Position numbers and translations under genes: made by a program. Shown here in pieces: positions 41,912 through 51,153 of a stretch of 64,000 nucleotides of DNA (position 1 is the stretch's first letter; every line of letters starts with the position of its first letter). The DNA is from Gemmatimonadales bacterium (GTDB taxonomy: Bacteria > Gemmatimonadota > Gemmatimonadetes > Gemmatimonadales > GWC2-71-9). The notes beneath the pieces were generated by a model. The model was not told the DNA's origin. It was given only the letters and a program-made list of their open reading frames with translations, and made no database searches. The stretch is taken from contig JBDIWC010000004.1 in the NCBI GenBank assembly GCA_039794085.1, positions 64,095 to 128,094 on the forward strand. Reading direction: 5' to 3'.

Positions 41912-44470
41912 GTGGACGAAGCCCGGATGACTCGCCTGGCGGCGCTGTTCGACCGAGCCCTGGCTGTCTCGGACTCGGAGCGCTCTGCATTCATCAAGAA
42001 GGTCTGCGGCGCCGATGAGGAGCTCCGGCAGGAACTGACGTCGCTGCTCGAGGCTCACGAACGCTCCGACGAGTTGTTCGACGACCTGGCAGTCCGCCTC
42101 GTCTCACCCGCCTACGCAGCCATTGCGGAGGACGCTCGTCGAACCACATCGGCGGTGCTCATGTCGGAGCTCCAGGGCGCCCTGGAAGGGGGCTATCGCA
42201 TCGAGCGGGAGCTCGGCGGCGGCGGTATGAGCCGCGTCTTTCTGGCCGAAGAGGTGAAGCTCGGGCGCAAGGTCGTCATCAAGGTGCTGCCTCCGGATCT
42301 CGCGGCCACGATGAGCGGCGAAAGGTTTCGCCGGGAGATTCAGCTCGCCGCGCAGTTGCAGCACCCGCACATCGTGCCCCTGCTGACCAGCGATGCCGCC
42401 GGAGCGGCGCTGTTCTACACCATGCCGTTCATGTCGGGCGAGTCGCTGCGCGACCGCCTGCGGCGCGATGGAGCGCTGCCCATTCCGGACGCCCTGAGGA
42501 TCTGGCGCGACGTGCTCGACGCACTGGCCCACGCGCATGCCCGCCAGGTGGTGCATCGCGATATCAAGCCGGGCAACATCCTCCTGTGCGACCGCAACGC
42601 CCTGGTCGCCGATTTCGGCATCGCCCGCGCCATCGCGGTCGCGGCGGGCACTGCGGAAGACACCGCCTCCGGTCTCCCGATCGGCACGCCGGCCTACATG
42701 GCTCCGGAGCAGTTCACCGGAGATGACGCGGCGGATTTCCGGGTGGACATCTATGCCGCCGGGCTGGTGATGTACGAGATGCTGGAGGGCCGGCTTCCGT
42801 TCGCGCTGGGCCCAACCCACGAGGTGATGCGGGCGCGACGGGCCGGCGACCCGTTACCCATTGGACGAGCGGATTGCCCGCGGGAGCTTTCCGCGCTGGT
42901 GCTGCAGTGCCTGGCGCAGGACCCCGCGGACCGCCCGGAAAGCGCCGACGCTCTCCTGGCCGAGCTCGAGACCCTGCCCGGGACCGGGGCGCGGCCGCGA
43001 CGCCGAATGGCGGGCGTGGTCCTGGCCACCGGCCTCGTGGCGTTGCTGGGGTTCGGCACGGTGCTCGCCACGCGCTACCTGCGATCCGGCCCAGTCGGCC
43101 CTTCCGCGGCAACCGTCCCCGCCCCCACCCCTACACTCGCGGTTTTCCCGCTCACCAACCTCGGGTCCGACGCCGACGCCGCGCTGGCCGATGGGATGAC
43201 GGAGGAGCTGGTGTCGGGTCTCGGCGGAGTCGGCCATCTCCGTGTCATCGCGAGCACGTCCGTCCTCGTGTTGAAGAACCGGCAGCTCGACGTGCGCCAG
43301 ATCGCCGACAGCCTGCGCCTCACGCACTTTCTCGAGGGCGCGGTACAGAGAGTCGGGTCCCGACTGCGGGTGCGGGTACGACTGGTGGATGCGCGTGACG
43401 GGTCCACCCGCTGGTCGGAGACCTACGACCGGGAACTGGGCGACATCTTCGCGGTGCAGGACGACATCTCCCGCGCCGTGGCCGGCGAGCTGGACGTCCG
43501 CCTCGCGGGCGGCGAGAGCCCCGCGCCACTCCGCCGACCCCACACCCCGGGCATCGTGGCGTACCATTGGTATCTCCGCGGAAAGAACTCGGGCGCCGTC
43601 GAGGACTTCCAGAAGGCCATCGCCGCGGACTCGAACTTCGCGCCCGCCTACGCCCGCATGGCGTGGGCGTGCCTGTACCGGGCCGGTACCGTTCCCGGAG
43701 ATCATGCGGTCTGGCACGCCCGCGCCGAGCAAGCGGCACTGCGGGCCGTGGCCCTGGACGATGCGCTCGCCGAAGCCCACTCGGCGCTGGGGTGGGTTCG
43801 CTACGCCAAGGATGGAGAGTGGGGTGCCGCCGAAGCCGAACTGAAGCGGGCCGTCGCGATCGACCCGGCCGTCCACCGCGGATACGAAGGGCTGGCGAAG
43901 CTCTACCTGCTGACCGGCCGGCCGGCCGAGCAGTTGGCGGCGGCGCGGCGGGGGCTGGACGTCGACCCGTACTCCGTCCAGGCCATTCGCGAAATGGCGC
44001 TCGCCCTCAACGTGAATGATCGCTGTGACGAGACGCTGGAACTGCTCCGTCCGCTCAAGGGACTGAGTCCGCCCCCGTCCGTGGCCGGGGTCATCATGGG
44101 TCTCTGCTACGCCAGGAAGCAGAGGTGGCCTGACGCGATCGCCGAATTCCGTTGGGCCATGGATAACGGCGGCAGGATGGGGCTGGGTCTCCTCGGCTAC
44201 GCGCTGGCGCGCGGAGGCCGGCCCGAGGAGGCCAGGAGCATCCTCGCCGACCTTCTGGCGGGACGGAAGCACAGCCATGGCGCTTTCGGCATCGCCCTCG
44301 TGTACACCGGACTCCGCGACTACGACCAGGCGTTCGTCTCGCTCTACCACGCGGCCGAGGAGAGCAGCACGAGACCGTACATCATGGACCCGGTGTTCGA
44401 GGATCTCCATCGAGATCCCCGCTGGGATCGCGCGCGGGTGTGGAGACACCGTGTCGCCCGGGGCGAATGA
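41912..44470 (+). CDS. Membrane Ser/Thr protein kinase with TolB-N-like and TPR regions
   Basis: GGGGMSRV, VIK, HRDIKPGN, DFG, GTPAYMAPE; TM; ADGMTEELV..VIASTS; TPR-like helices. Confidence 0.93.
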   Translation: MDEARMTRLAALFDRALAVSDSERSAFIKKVCGADEELRQELTSLLEAHERSDELFDDLAVRLVSPAYAAIAEDARRTTSAVLMSELQGALEGGYRIERELGGGGMSRVFLAEEVKLGRKVVIKVLPPDLAATMSGERFRREIQLAAQLQHPHIVPLLTSDAAGAALFYTMPFMSGESLRDRLRRDGALPIPDALRIWRDVLDALAHAHARQVVHRDIKPGNILLCDRNALVADFGIARAIAVAAGTAEDTASGLPIGTPAYMAPEQFTGDDAADFRVDIYAAGLVMYEMLEGRLPFALGPTHEVMRARRAGDPLPIGRADCPRELSALVLQCLAQDPADRPESADALLAELETLPGTGARPRRRMAGVVLATGLVALLGFGTVLATRYLRSGPVGPSAATVPAPTPTLAVFPLTNLGSDADAALADGMTEELVSGLGGVGHLRVIASTSVLVLKNRQLDVRQIADSLRLTHFLEGAVQRVGSRLRVRVRLVDARDGSTRWSETYDRELGDIFAVQDDISRAVAGELDVRLAGGESPAPLRRPHTPGIVAYHWYLRGKNSGAVEDFQKAIAADSNFAPAYARMAWACLYRAGTVPGDHAVWHARAEQAALRAVALDDALAEAHSALGWVRYAKDGEWGAAEAELKRAVAIDPAVHRGYEGLAKLYLLTGRPAEQLAAARRGLDVDPYSVQAIREMALALNVNDRCDETLELLRPLKGLSPPPSVAGVIMGLCYARKQRWPDAIAEFRWAMDNGGRMGLGLLGYALARGGRPEEARSILADLLAGRKHSHGAFGIALVYTGLRDYDQAFVSLYHAAEESSTRPYIMDPVFEDLHRDPRWDRARVWRHRVARGE

Positions 44471-44488
44471 ACCCGGCGACCCCGTTGA

Positions 44489-47400
44489 TCAAAAGCGATA
44501 GCGCGCCGCGATCTGGAGCTGGAACACCGATTCCGTCGCCAGCGTCTCCCACTCCTGCCGGGAGGGGTCGAAGCGAAAGATCGGCTGGGCGGTCTCCGGC
44601 GGTCCTCCCGTTTGTCCCACGTGCTCGAGCAGGCGAGGATTCGCCGCTCGATAGCGCCCCCAGGCCCCGTTCAGCAGGTTGAGAATATTGAACGCATCGA
44701 GTTGGAGCTCGAGGACCTGACCACCGAGGGGAATGCCTTGCCGCACCGAGGCGATCGTCGTATGCGTCCATGGCTCGCGACAGGTGTTGCGCTCCACGAT
44801 CCGCCCGCGTTGGCGCCGCAGACACGGGGTCCGCGCGATGAAGCGCTCGAAAGCGTCCGCTTGCTGCGCGACCGTGACGGTGTCGGCGCCGCTCCCGCCG
44901 CTCGGCAGGGGCCGTTGCCGGGTGAAGGGAACAAACTGGATCTCGTCCGGGTCCACGGCGGTGGAGGGAACGTAGATCGGATCGTTCGCGTTGGAACCGT
45001 CGGCGTTGAGATCGCCGAGGCGGCCCGCGCCGAACGCGAGATAGGTGAACGGGCTCCCCGATTCGCCCACGTAGTAGAACGACACGTCGGTCGGCCAGCG
45101 ACGCCACGGCGCTGAGTACGTCACCGCGGCGACGACCCGGTGCGGGAGATCGTTGAGGGAGACCCCCCGGCGCAGATCCTCGTGACGACCGGAGACCGCG
45201 CGGGCGTCGGCCCACATGACCTTTCCCGTCTGGTTGACCCGGCTCGGCGACTGCACATCGCGCGTGCGCGAGTACGTGTAGGCGACCGTGGCCCCGAACC
45301 CCCGGGCAAACTTCCGCTCCAGGCGCGCCGACAGCTGATACGAGTAGTTCTTCGAGGTATTCTGGAGGTCGATCACCTCGGCGAAGCTCGACCGCTCGGC
45401 CGGACGCGCGACCCCGTTCACGCCGAGTGTGCCGTAGAGCACCCGGCCGAAGCGGTCCACCCCCTGCGGACCCTCAAGGTTGAGGTTCACCCACAGGAAG
45501 TCGGACAGGTGGCGGCTCGCCAGGATTTCAGCACTGGCCAGCAGGTCTCCCGGTAGACGCCGTTCATAGGCGAGCGAGCCGCGTAGCGTTTGCGCCATAC
45601 GGAGGTTCCGATCCAACAGATTCACGTCCCCGCGGGGCTGTGCCTCCAGGGTGGGGCCGGTGCCGCACCGGGTCGGCGCCGCGCGGTAGTCCGGTTCGAA
45701 CGCCGGCGGCAGACCGGCATCACCCGGCTGAAAGCCGCATCGCAGCACACCGACTGTCTGTCCGTGGTTCGCGAGCGCGGGGACCAGCCACGCCAACGGC
45801 GGCCGCCCGGTGAAAAGCCCGATCCCGCCGCGGAGCCGATGGGGTTCCCCTCCGGGGAGGTCCCAGGCGAACCCGAGGCGCGGCGACACGTGGACTCGCC
45901 GGCTCGGCATCTGGTCGGTGCGCCGGGCGAAAAGAGAGTCGACCTCCGGGTTGTACGGCGCGTGCCCGTCGATGGCGAGAAGATCGGCCCGGACACCTGT
46001 GACCAGGGAAAAACGGTCGCTGATTCCCCACTCGTCGCCCAGATACAGTGCGTACTGCCCCCCGCTGAGCGGCGTGCTGGCGGTGCCGAAATCCTTGCGA
46101 AGCTCATACCGGGCGGGGACGCCGGCCTCGAGGGCATCGAGATTCGCGAAGGTCCAGCTGCCGTACCCGTTTGTCACTCCCCCTCGGCGGATCCGGAATC
46201 GTTCCAGCTGGACACCCAGCACCGTCACGTGGTCCGTTCCCCAGGGGAGACTGATCTCGTCCTTCACCTTGAGGGAACGGGCGCGGCTGAATCGCCCCTG
46301 CGCCTGCGGGGTCGTCCCGGCATTGACCGTCACCGGCCCGCCGCTCACGCCGGGTACCAGAACGCGGACCAGCGGCTGCCGGACGGCGGGAACCTCTTCC
46401 GACCGGTCGGAGACCAGCGACAGGATCAGCTCGTTGTGTCCACCGCCCAGGCGCGGCAGATCGGTATGCAGCTGGAGCGAGGAGCGCAGCAAGGCGACGT
46501 CACTCGCGAACTGGTAGGTCGAAAGAGAGAACGTGTCGACGGCCGAGCGGGAGAACTGTTCGTCGCTCCTCCGCGCAGAGGTGACGAAGCCCATGGCCCG
46601 ACTGTTCCACGCGGGAATCGCGGCATCCACCCTGGCGAACAGATTGCGCAGGGGTGTGCTGTTTCGGATTGGGCCGCCGGAGCCCGAAGTCAGACCGTAG
46701 CGGTCGCGCAAGATCCCCTCCAGGCGGGCCAGATCCGCCTCGCGTACCGGGAGCGGTGGCACTCGGAGTGCGGGCTGACCGACATACGGCCCCGGGGCCG
46801 GTTCCGTGAGGCGCTGGATTTCGGGGGCGACAAAGAAGTGCAGGCGATCGCGCACGAGGGGGCCACCCAGGGAGAAGCCGAATTGCGCGCGGTCGTACGG
46901 GCTCCTGTCCGTGTCCAGGCTGCTCCGCGCCAGCCGGTCGTTGCGCCAGTGCACGAAGGTGGAGCCGCGCAGCTCGTTGGTGCCCCCATGGGTGACGGTA
47001 TTGACCAGCGCGCCGGTGAAATCTCCATACCGGACGTCGTACGGCGCGATCAGAACCTGGTACTCCTTCACGGCGTCGAGAGGAATGGACTTCCCGACAT
47101 TGTGCGCCGCCGAGACACTTCCGTTGACGCCGCGCTCGTCGGCGCCGTTCACCAGAAAGCTGTTGAAGCGCAGGTTGGCCCCGGCACCGGAGACGCCGGC
47201 CCGGCCGAAGCCGACCTTGGTGGACACCTGCGGCGCCAGGACGACAAAGTCGTAGACGTTGCGATTCAGCGTGGGAAGCCGGTGCACCAGTGATTCCGGA
47301 ATCGTCGTCGCGGTGCCTCCGCCGGCGTGCACGCCGGTCTGGGTCGTGGTCGCGTGGACCGGCTCGAGCTGAATGGCCATCGGCTGAAGGACGAAGCGCA

Positions 47401-47788
47401 GGTCGAGGGACTGGCCCAGCGTGAGCCTCACCGGCCCGGTCCGTTGGGGCAGGAAGCCGATGTGCCGCACCTCGACGACGTAGGCCCCGCCGAGCTCGAG
47501 TCCCTGGACCAGGAAGCGGCGGTGCTGGACCTGCGCGCTCGTGGTGAACCCCGTGGCGGTGTTCACGACGCGAACCTGGGCGCCTTCGAGGCTGGCTCCA
47601 TCCGGACTGTGCACCTGGCCTCGAATGCTGCCGGACGCGATCCCCTGCGCGATGGCCCCTCGGGCCTGCCCCGCAAGAGCGGCAAGCCCGAGCGCACCAA
47701 TCCCGAAGAGCTCTCGGAGTCGGCCGAGGGCGCTCGATCCCGAGTTACCGCCGGGGGTTCTCCGGGGCCCGGAAACGGCTGGTCGCAC
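44489..47788 (-). CDS. Oar-like TonB-dependent receptor
   Basis: Carboxypeptidase-regulatory N-domain, IPLDAVKEYQV..YDVRYG plug, SPRLGFAWD, C-terminal ARYRF. Confidence 0.9.
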   Translation of the reverse strand: MRPAVSGPRRTPGGNSGSSALGRLRELFGIGALGLAALAGQARGAIAQGIASGSIRGQVHSPDGASLEGAQVRVVNTATGFTTSAQVQHRRFLVQGLELGGAYVVEVRHIGFLPQRTGPVRLTLGQSLDLRFVLQPMAIQLEPVHATTTQTGVHAGGGTATTIPESLVHRLPTLNRNVYDFVVLAPQVSTKVGFGRAGVSGAGANLRFNSFLVNGADERGVNGSVSAAHNVGKSIPLDAVKEYQVLIAPYDVRYGDFTGALVNTVTHGGTNELRGSTFVHWRNDRLARSSLDTDRSPYDRAQFGFSLGGPLVRDRLHFFVAPEIQRLTEPAPGPYVGQPALRVPPLPVREADLARLEGILRDRYGLTSGSGGPIRNSTPLRNLFARVDAAIPAWNSRAMGFVTSARRSDEQFSRSAVDTFSLSTYQFASDVALLRSSLQLHTDLPRLGGGHNELILSLVSDRSEEVPAVRQPLVRVLVPGVSGGPVTVNAGTTPQAQGRFSRARSLKVKDEISLPWGTDHVTVLGVQLERFRIRRGGVTNGYGSWTFANLDALEAGVPARYELRKDFGTASTPLSGGQYALYLGDEWGISDRFSLVTGVRADLLAIDGHAPYNPEVDSLFARRTDQMPSRRVHVSPRLGFAWDLPGGEPHRLRGGIGLFTGRPPLAWLVPALANHGQTVGVLRCGFQPGDAGLPPAFEPDYRAAPTRCGTGPTLEAQPRGDVNLLDRNLRMAQTLRGSLAYERRLPGDLLASAEILASRHLSDFLWVNLNLEGPQGVDRFGRVLYGTLGVNGVARPAERSSFAEVIDLQNTSKNYSYQLSARLERKFARGFGATVAYTYSRTRDVQSPSRVNQTGKVMWADARAVSGRHEDLRRGVSLNDLPHRVVAAVTYSAPWRRWPTDVSFYYVGESGSPFTYLAFGAGRLGDLNADGSNANDPIYVPSTAVDPDEIQFVPFTRQRPLPSGGSGADTVTVAQQADAFERFIARTPCLRRQRGRIVERNTCREPWTHTTIASVRQGIPLGGQVLELQLDAFNILNLLNGAWGRYRAANPRLLEHVGQTGGPPETAQPIFRFDPSRQEWETLATESVFQLQIAARYRF

Positions 47789-47871
47789 AGGAATGACCCT
47801 CGTGGAAGCACTGTGATATTATCTTCATTCCGGGATCTGCAAAAGGGATCCTCCTCCAACTTACCGTGGCG

Positions 47872-48025
47872 GGGGGATTAATGTAGGGTGAAAGGGGTTC
47901 GCCCTTGCGGGGGCCCCACGGACCACGGAGCGTGACGTGTTCACGGAGCGTCACCCCGGCGAACGCCGGGGTCCATGGTCAAGCGGGCAGGGACTCAACG
48001 CAAAGGCGCAACGACGCAGGGGTCG
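47872..48025 (+). repeat. Composite element copy
   Basis: GGGGATTAATGTAGGG..TTCGCCC, 18-mer, GTCACCCCGGCGAACGCCGGGGTCCA, ACTCAACGCAAAGGCGCAA; homologous to 34364-34545. Confidence 0.82.
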
Positions 48026-48184
48026 ACTCGTCGCGGCTGAGCCACCACCCGTTCGGCGGAAGTCGATCTCCACGAGGTCGCGAAAGATGCGAAGCTCCCG
48101 TGCCCGGTGCAGGTTGCGGATGATGGTGAGGTGGTTGTGGGTTTCGCTGCGGCGCGAGGCCGGAGGGTCCTATATTGAAGGAAG

Positions 48185-48523
48185 ATGACCCCCGCGACAG
48201 GAACCCCGATTCCCGTGACCCGGTCCTCCTCGGCTCACCCGGATGCTCCACCGGACCCCCGCTACGTCGGGTCCTGGGGCCGTCTCGCCCTCTCCCTGGC
48301 GCTCCGGGGCACCCTGCGCCCCCGCCTCGGCATCGATCTGCTGCGGCTCGCCTGGGCCTTCCGCCGCCGCCATTGGTGGCGTCAGGCTCCGTTCCTCCCC
48401 GTTCCCGATCCGGCGTACCTGCGGTGGCGGATGTACACCGCGTATGGAGACCCGTCGGCGGTGCCGCCGGTCGAGGATGTCGCCTCCTTTGCCCGGTGGC
48501 GCCGGGAAACAATGGGACTGTAG
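48185..48523 (+). CDS. Small hypothetical protein
   Basis: WWRQAPFLPVPDPAYLRWRMYTAYG; stop 3 nt before ndh; start uncertain. Confidence 0.7.
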   Translation: MTPATGTPIPVTRSSSAHPDAPPDPRYVGSWGRLALSLALRGTLRPRLGIDLLRLAWAFRRRHWWRQAPFLPVPDPAYLRWRMYTAYGDPSAVPPVEDVASFARWRRETMGL

Positions 48524-48526
48524 CCG

Positions 48527-49786
48527 GTGCGGGTCGTGATCCTCGGCGCCGGCTTTGCCGGTCTCTACCTGGCGCAGGGGCTCCGGGGCGTCCCCGTGCA
48601 GGTCACGGTGGTGGACCGGCAGAATCACCATCTCTTCCAGCCGATGCTCTACCAGATCGCGATGGCCGCGCTGTCTCCGGGGAACATCGCCTCGCCCATC
48701 CGATCGATCCTCCGCCGCCAGCAGAATGTGGAGGTGATCCTCGACGAGGCCACCGGAATCGACCTCGAGGCGAAAACGGTGAGTCTCCGGAGTGGCCCGC
48801 CCCTCTCCTGGGACACCCTCGTGGTGGCCACCGGCGCCCGGCACTCCTACTTCGGGCACCCCGAATGGGAGGCGGTGGCCCCCGGTCTCAAGAGCATCGA
48901 TGATGCCCTCGAGGTGCGCCGCCGGGTGCTGCTCGCCTTCGAGCACGCCGAACGGGAGGAGGACCCGGCAACACGCCGGGCGCTGCTGACCTTCGTGATC
49001 GTCGGGGCAGGACCCACCGGCGTGGAACTCGCCGGAGCTCTGGCCGAGATGCGGCGCCACGCGCTCCGGCGCGACTTCCGCCGGATCGACTCCCGCGATG
49101 CCACGGTCATGCTCCTGGAGGGTGGTCCCCGTCTCCTCCCCTCCTACCCCGAGCACCTGAGCCAGCGGGCGCGGGAGGATCTCCAGGCGCTCGGCGTGGA
49201 GGTGCGGACCGGCACCTTCGTCACCAACATCACCTCAGATGCCGTGGAGGCCGGAGATCTCCGCATCCCGAGCCGGACCGTGGTGTGGGCCGCGGGGAAC
49301 CAGGCGAGTCCGCTGCTGGAGAGCCTGCCAGGGCCACGCGACGCTCAAGGCCGGCTGCAGGTGACTCCCGAGTGCACTGTCCCCGGACATCCCGAGGTTT
49401 TTGTTCTGGGAGACGCCGCCGCCTTCACCCACCAGCAGGAACTGGGCGTCCTTCCCGGGGTCTGCCCCGTGGCGATCCAGATGGGCCGCTACGCCGCCGC
49501 AACCATCCGGCGCGACTTGACCGGCAAGCCCCGGGTTCCGTTTCGGTACGCCAACAAGGGACAATTGGCGGTGATCGGCCGGGGGAATGCCGTGGCCGAC
49601 GTGGCGGGCCGGTTCCGCTTCGCCGGGTTCCCGGCGTGGCTCGCTTGGGTGTTCGTGCACATCCTCTTCCTGATCGGATTTCGCAACCGTGTCCTGGTGC
49701 TGATCGAGTGGGCCTGGAGTTACCTCACCTTCCAGCGGGGAGCCCGACTCATCACCGGCATGGTCGGAATGGTTCGCCGGGAATGA
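48527..49786 (+). CDS. ndh: Type II NADH dehydrogenase
   Basis: GAGFAG, HLFQPMLYQ, GAGPTGVELAG, WAAG, KGQLAVIGR. Confidence 0.92.
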   Translation: MRVVILGAGFAGLYLAQGLRGVPVQVTVVDRQNHHLFQPMLYQIAMAALSPGNIASPIRSILRRQQNVEVILDEATGIDLEAKTVSLRSGPPLSWDTLVVATGARHSYFGHPEWEAVAPGLKSIDDALEVRRRVLLAFEHAEREEDPATRRALLTFVIVGAGPTGVELAGALAEMRRHALRRDFRRIDSRDATVMLLEGGPRLLPSYPEHLSQRAREDLQALGVEVRTGTFVTNITSDAVEAGDLRIPSRTVVWAAGNQASPLLESLPGPRDAQGRLQVTPECTVPGHPEVFVLGDAAAFTHQQELGVLPGVCPVAIQMGRYAAATIRRDLTGKPRVPFRYANKGQLAVIGRGNAVADVAGRFRFAGFPAWLAWVFVHILFLIGFRNRVLVLIEWAWSYLTFQRGARLITGMVGMVRRE

Positions 49787-50703
49787 GCGCCTCCCATCGC
49801 ATCAAGGCCGCCGCCGAGGCCCTCGGTTTCGTGGCGTGCGGCATCGCCCCGCTCGATCCGAGTCGCCACGCCGAGGCGCTCGACACCTGGCTGGCCCGCG
49901 GATACGGGGGCACCATGCGCTACCTGCATCGCCAGGCGGCCCGGCGCAAGGACCCGGGGCGGATCGTGCCCGAGGCGCGGTGCGTCGTCGTGGTGCTGGA
50001 AAACTACCTCCCCCGCACGCGCGCCGGGCCCGGGGTGAAGATCGCCCGGTACGCCCGGGGACGGGACTATCACGACGTGACCCTCGCGCGTCTCGGGGAA
50101 CTGGCCGAGACGCTGCGGAAGGAGGGGGCCGCTGTGGCGAGGCCCTGGGTTGACGCCGGGCCCGTCCCCGAGCGGGAGCTGGCCCAGCGGGCCGGTCTCG
50201 GCTGGATCGGGAAGAACACCATGCTCATTCGTCCCGGGACGGGAAGCTGGTTCTTCATCGGGTCCATCTTCACCGATCTCGATCTCGCCGCGGACCCGCC
50301 GTTCAGCCTCGACCGGTGCGGGAGTTGCACCCGGTGCCTGGAGGCCTGCCCCACCCAGGCGTTCGTGGAGCCCCGGGTGCTCGATGCCACCCGGTGCATC
50401 TCCTACCTGACCATCGAGCAGAAGGGACCGATCCCGGAGGAGCTGGTGCCCCGGCTCGACGGGTGGGCCTTCGGCTGCGACATCTGCAACGAGGTCTGCC
50501 CCTGGAATGAGCGGTTCGCCGAGCCGACCGGCGTCGCGGCTTTCGAACCGGACCAGGGGGGGGAGCCCGACACCGGGGACCCGGGGTATTTTGACCGGAT
50601 GACGGAGGACGAGTTCAAGGATCGGTTTGGCCACACTCCCCTGGAACGACCGGGTCTCGCAGGAATGCGCCGGAACTGGGCTGCAGCCCATGCCGCACGT
50701 TGA
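49783..50703 (+). CDS. queG: Epoxyqueuosine reductase
   Basis: YARGRDYH, GLGWIGKN, CGSCTRCLEACPT, CISYLTIE, GCDICNEVCPWN. Confidence 0.95.
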   Translation: MSASHRIKAAAEALGFVACGIAPLDPSRHAEALDTWLARGYGGTMRYLHRQAARRKDPGRIVPEARCVVVVLENYLPRTRAGPGVKIARYARGRDYHDVTLARLGELAETLRKEGAAVARPWVDAGPVPERELAQRAGLGWIGKNTMLIRPGTGSWFFIGSIFTDLDLAADPPFSLDRCGSCTRCLEACPTQAFVEPRVLDATRCISYLTIEQKGPIPEELVPRLDGWAFGCDICNEVCPWNERFAEPTGVAAFEPDQGGEPDTGDPGYFDRMTEDEFKDRFGHTPLERPGLAGMRRNWAAAHAAR

Positions 50704-50708
50704 TTCCG

Positions 50709-50764
50709 GTAGGGCGAATGTCATTCGCCCCTACTCCCTATTCCCTACTCCCTACTCCCTATGA
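50709..50764 (-). repeat. GTAG REP fused to a CCTACTC heptamer array
   Basis: GTAGGGCGAATGTCATTCGCCCCTAC (50709-50734) overlapping cctactc cctattc cctactc cctactc cctatga (50730-50764). Confidence 0.82.
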
Positions 50765-51153
50765 CCCCTTCCCTCTACTCTGTTGCGATCTTCATCACCG
50801 ACATCGATCGGGCGATCACCTTCTATCACGACACCCTGGGGCTCCCCCTGCGGAGCCGGGGCTCGTTCGGCGCCGAGCTGGGTGAGGGTGATAGTCGGAT
50901 AGGGGTGCATCCGGCGGCGCACGCCGAGGCGAAGGGAATGGTGGGTCGGCACACCGGGATCACCCTGCACGTGCCCGACCTGCTCCATCACTGCGGTGTG
51001 CTGCACGAGAGGGGGGTGCGCTTCGTGGCGGAACCGACCCAGCAGGCCTGGGGGATCATGGCGATGGTGGCCGATCCGGACGGGAACGTGCTGGCGCTCT
51101 GGGAGGACAAGCTTCCGGGAGATGTCGAGAGTTCCGGGGCCGGTGCGCCGTGA
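50761..51153 (+). CDS. VOC / glyoxalase family protein
   Basis: DIDRAITFYHDTLG, PTQQAWG, DPDGNVL. Confidence 0.88.
   Translation: MTPSLYSVAIFITDIDRAITFYHDTLGLPLRSRGSFGAELGEGDSRIGVHPAAHAEAKGMVGRHTGITLHVPDLLHHCGVLHERGVRFVAEPTQQAWGIMAMVADPDGNVLALWEDKLPGDVESSGAGAP

Noticed and set aside
41047..41997. N-terminal extension of the 828-aa ORF
   Set aside because: Antisense to the ECF sigma; the lipoprotein signal and RBS point to 41046.
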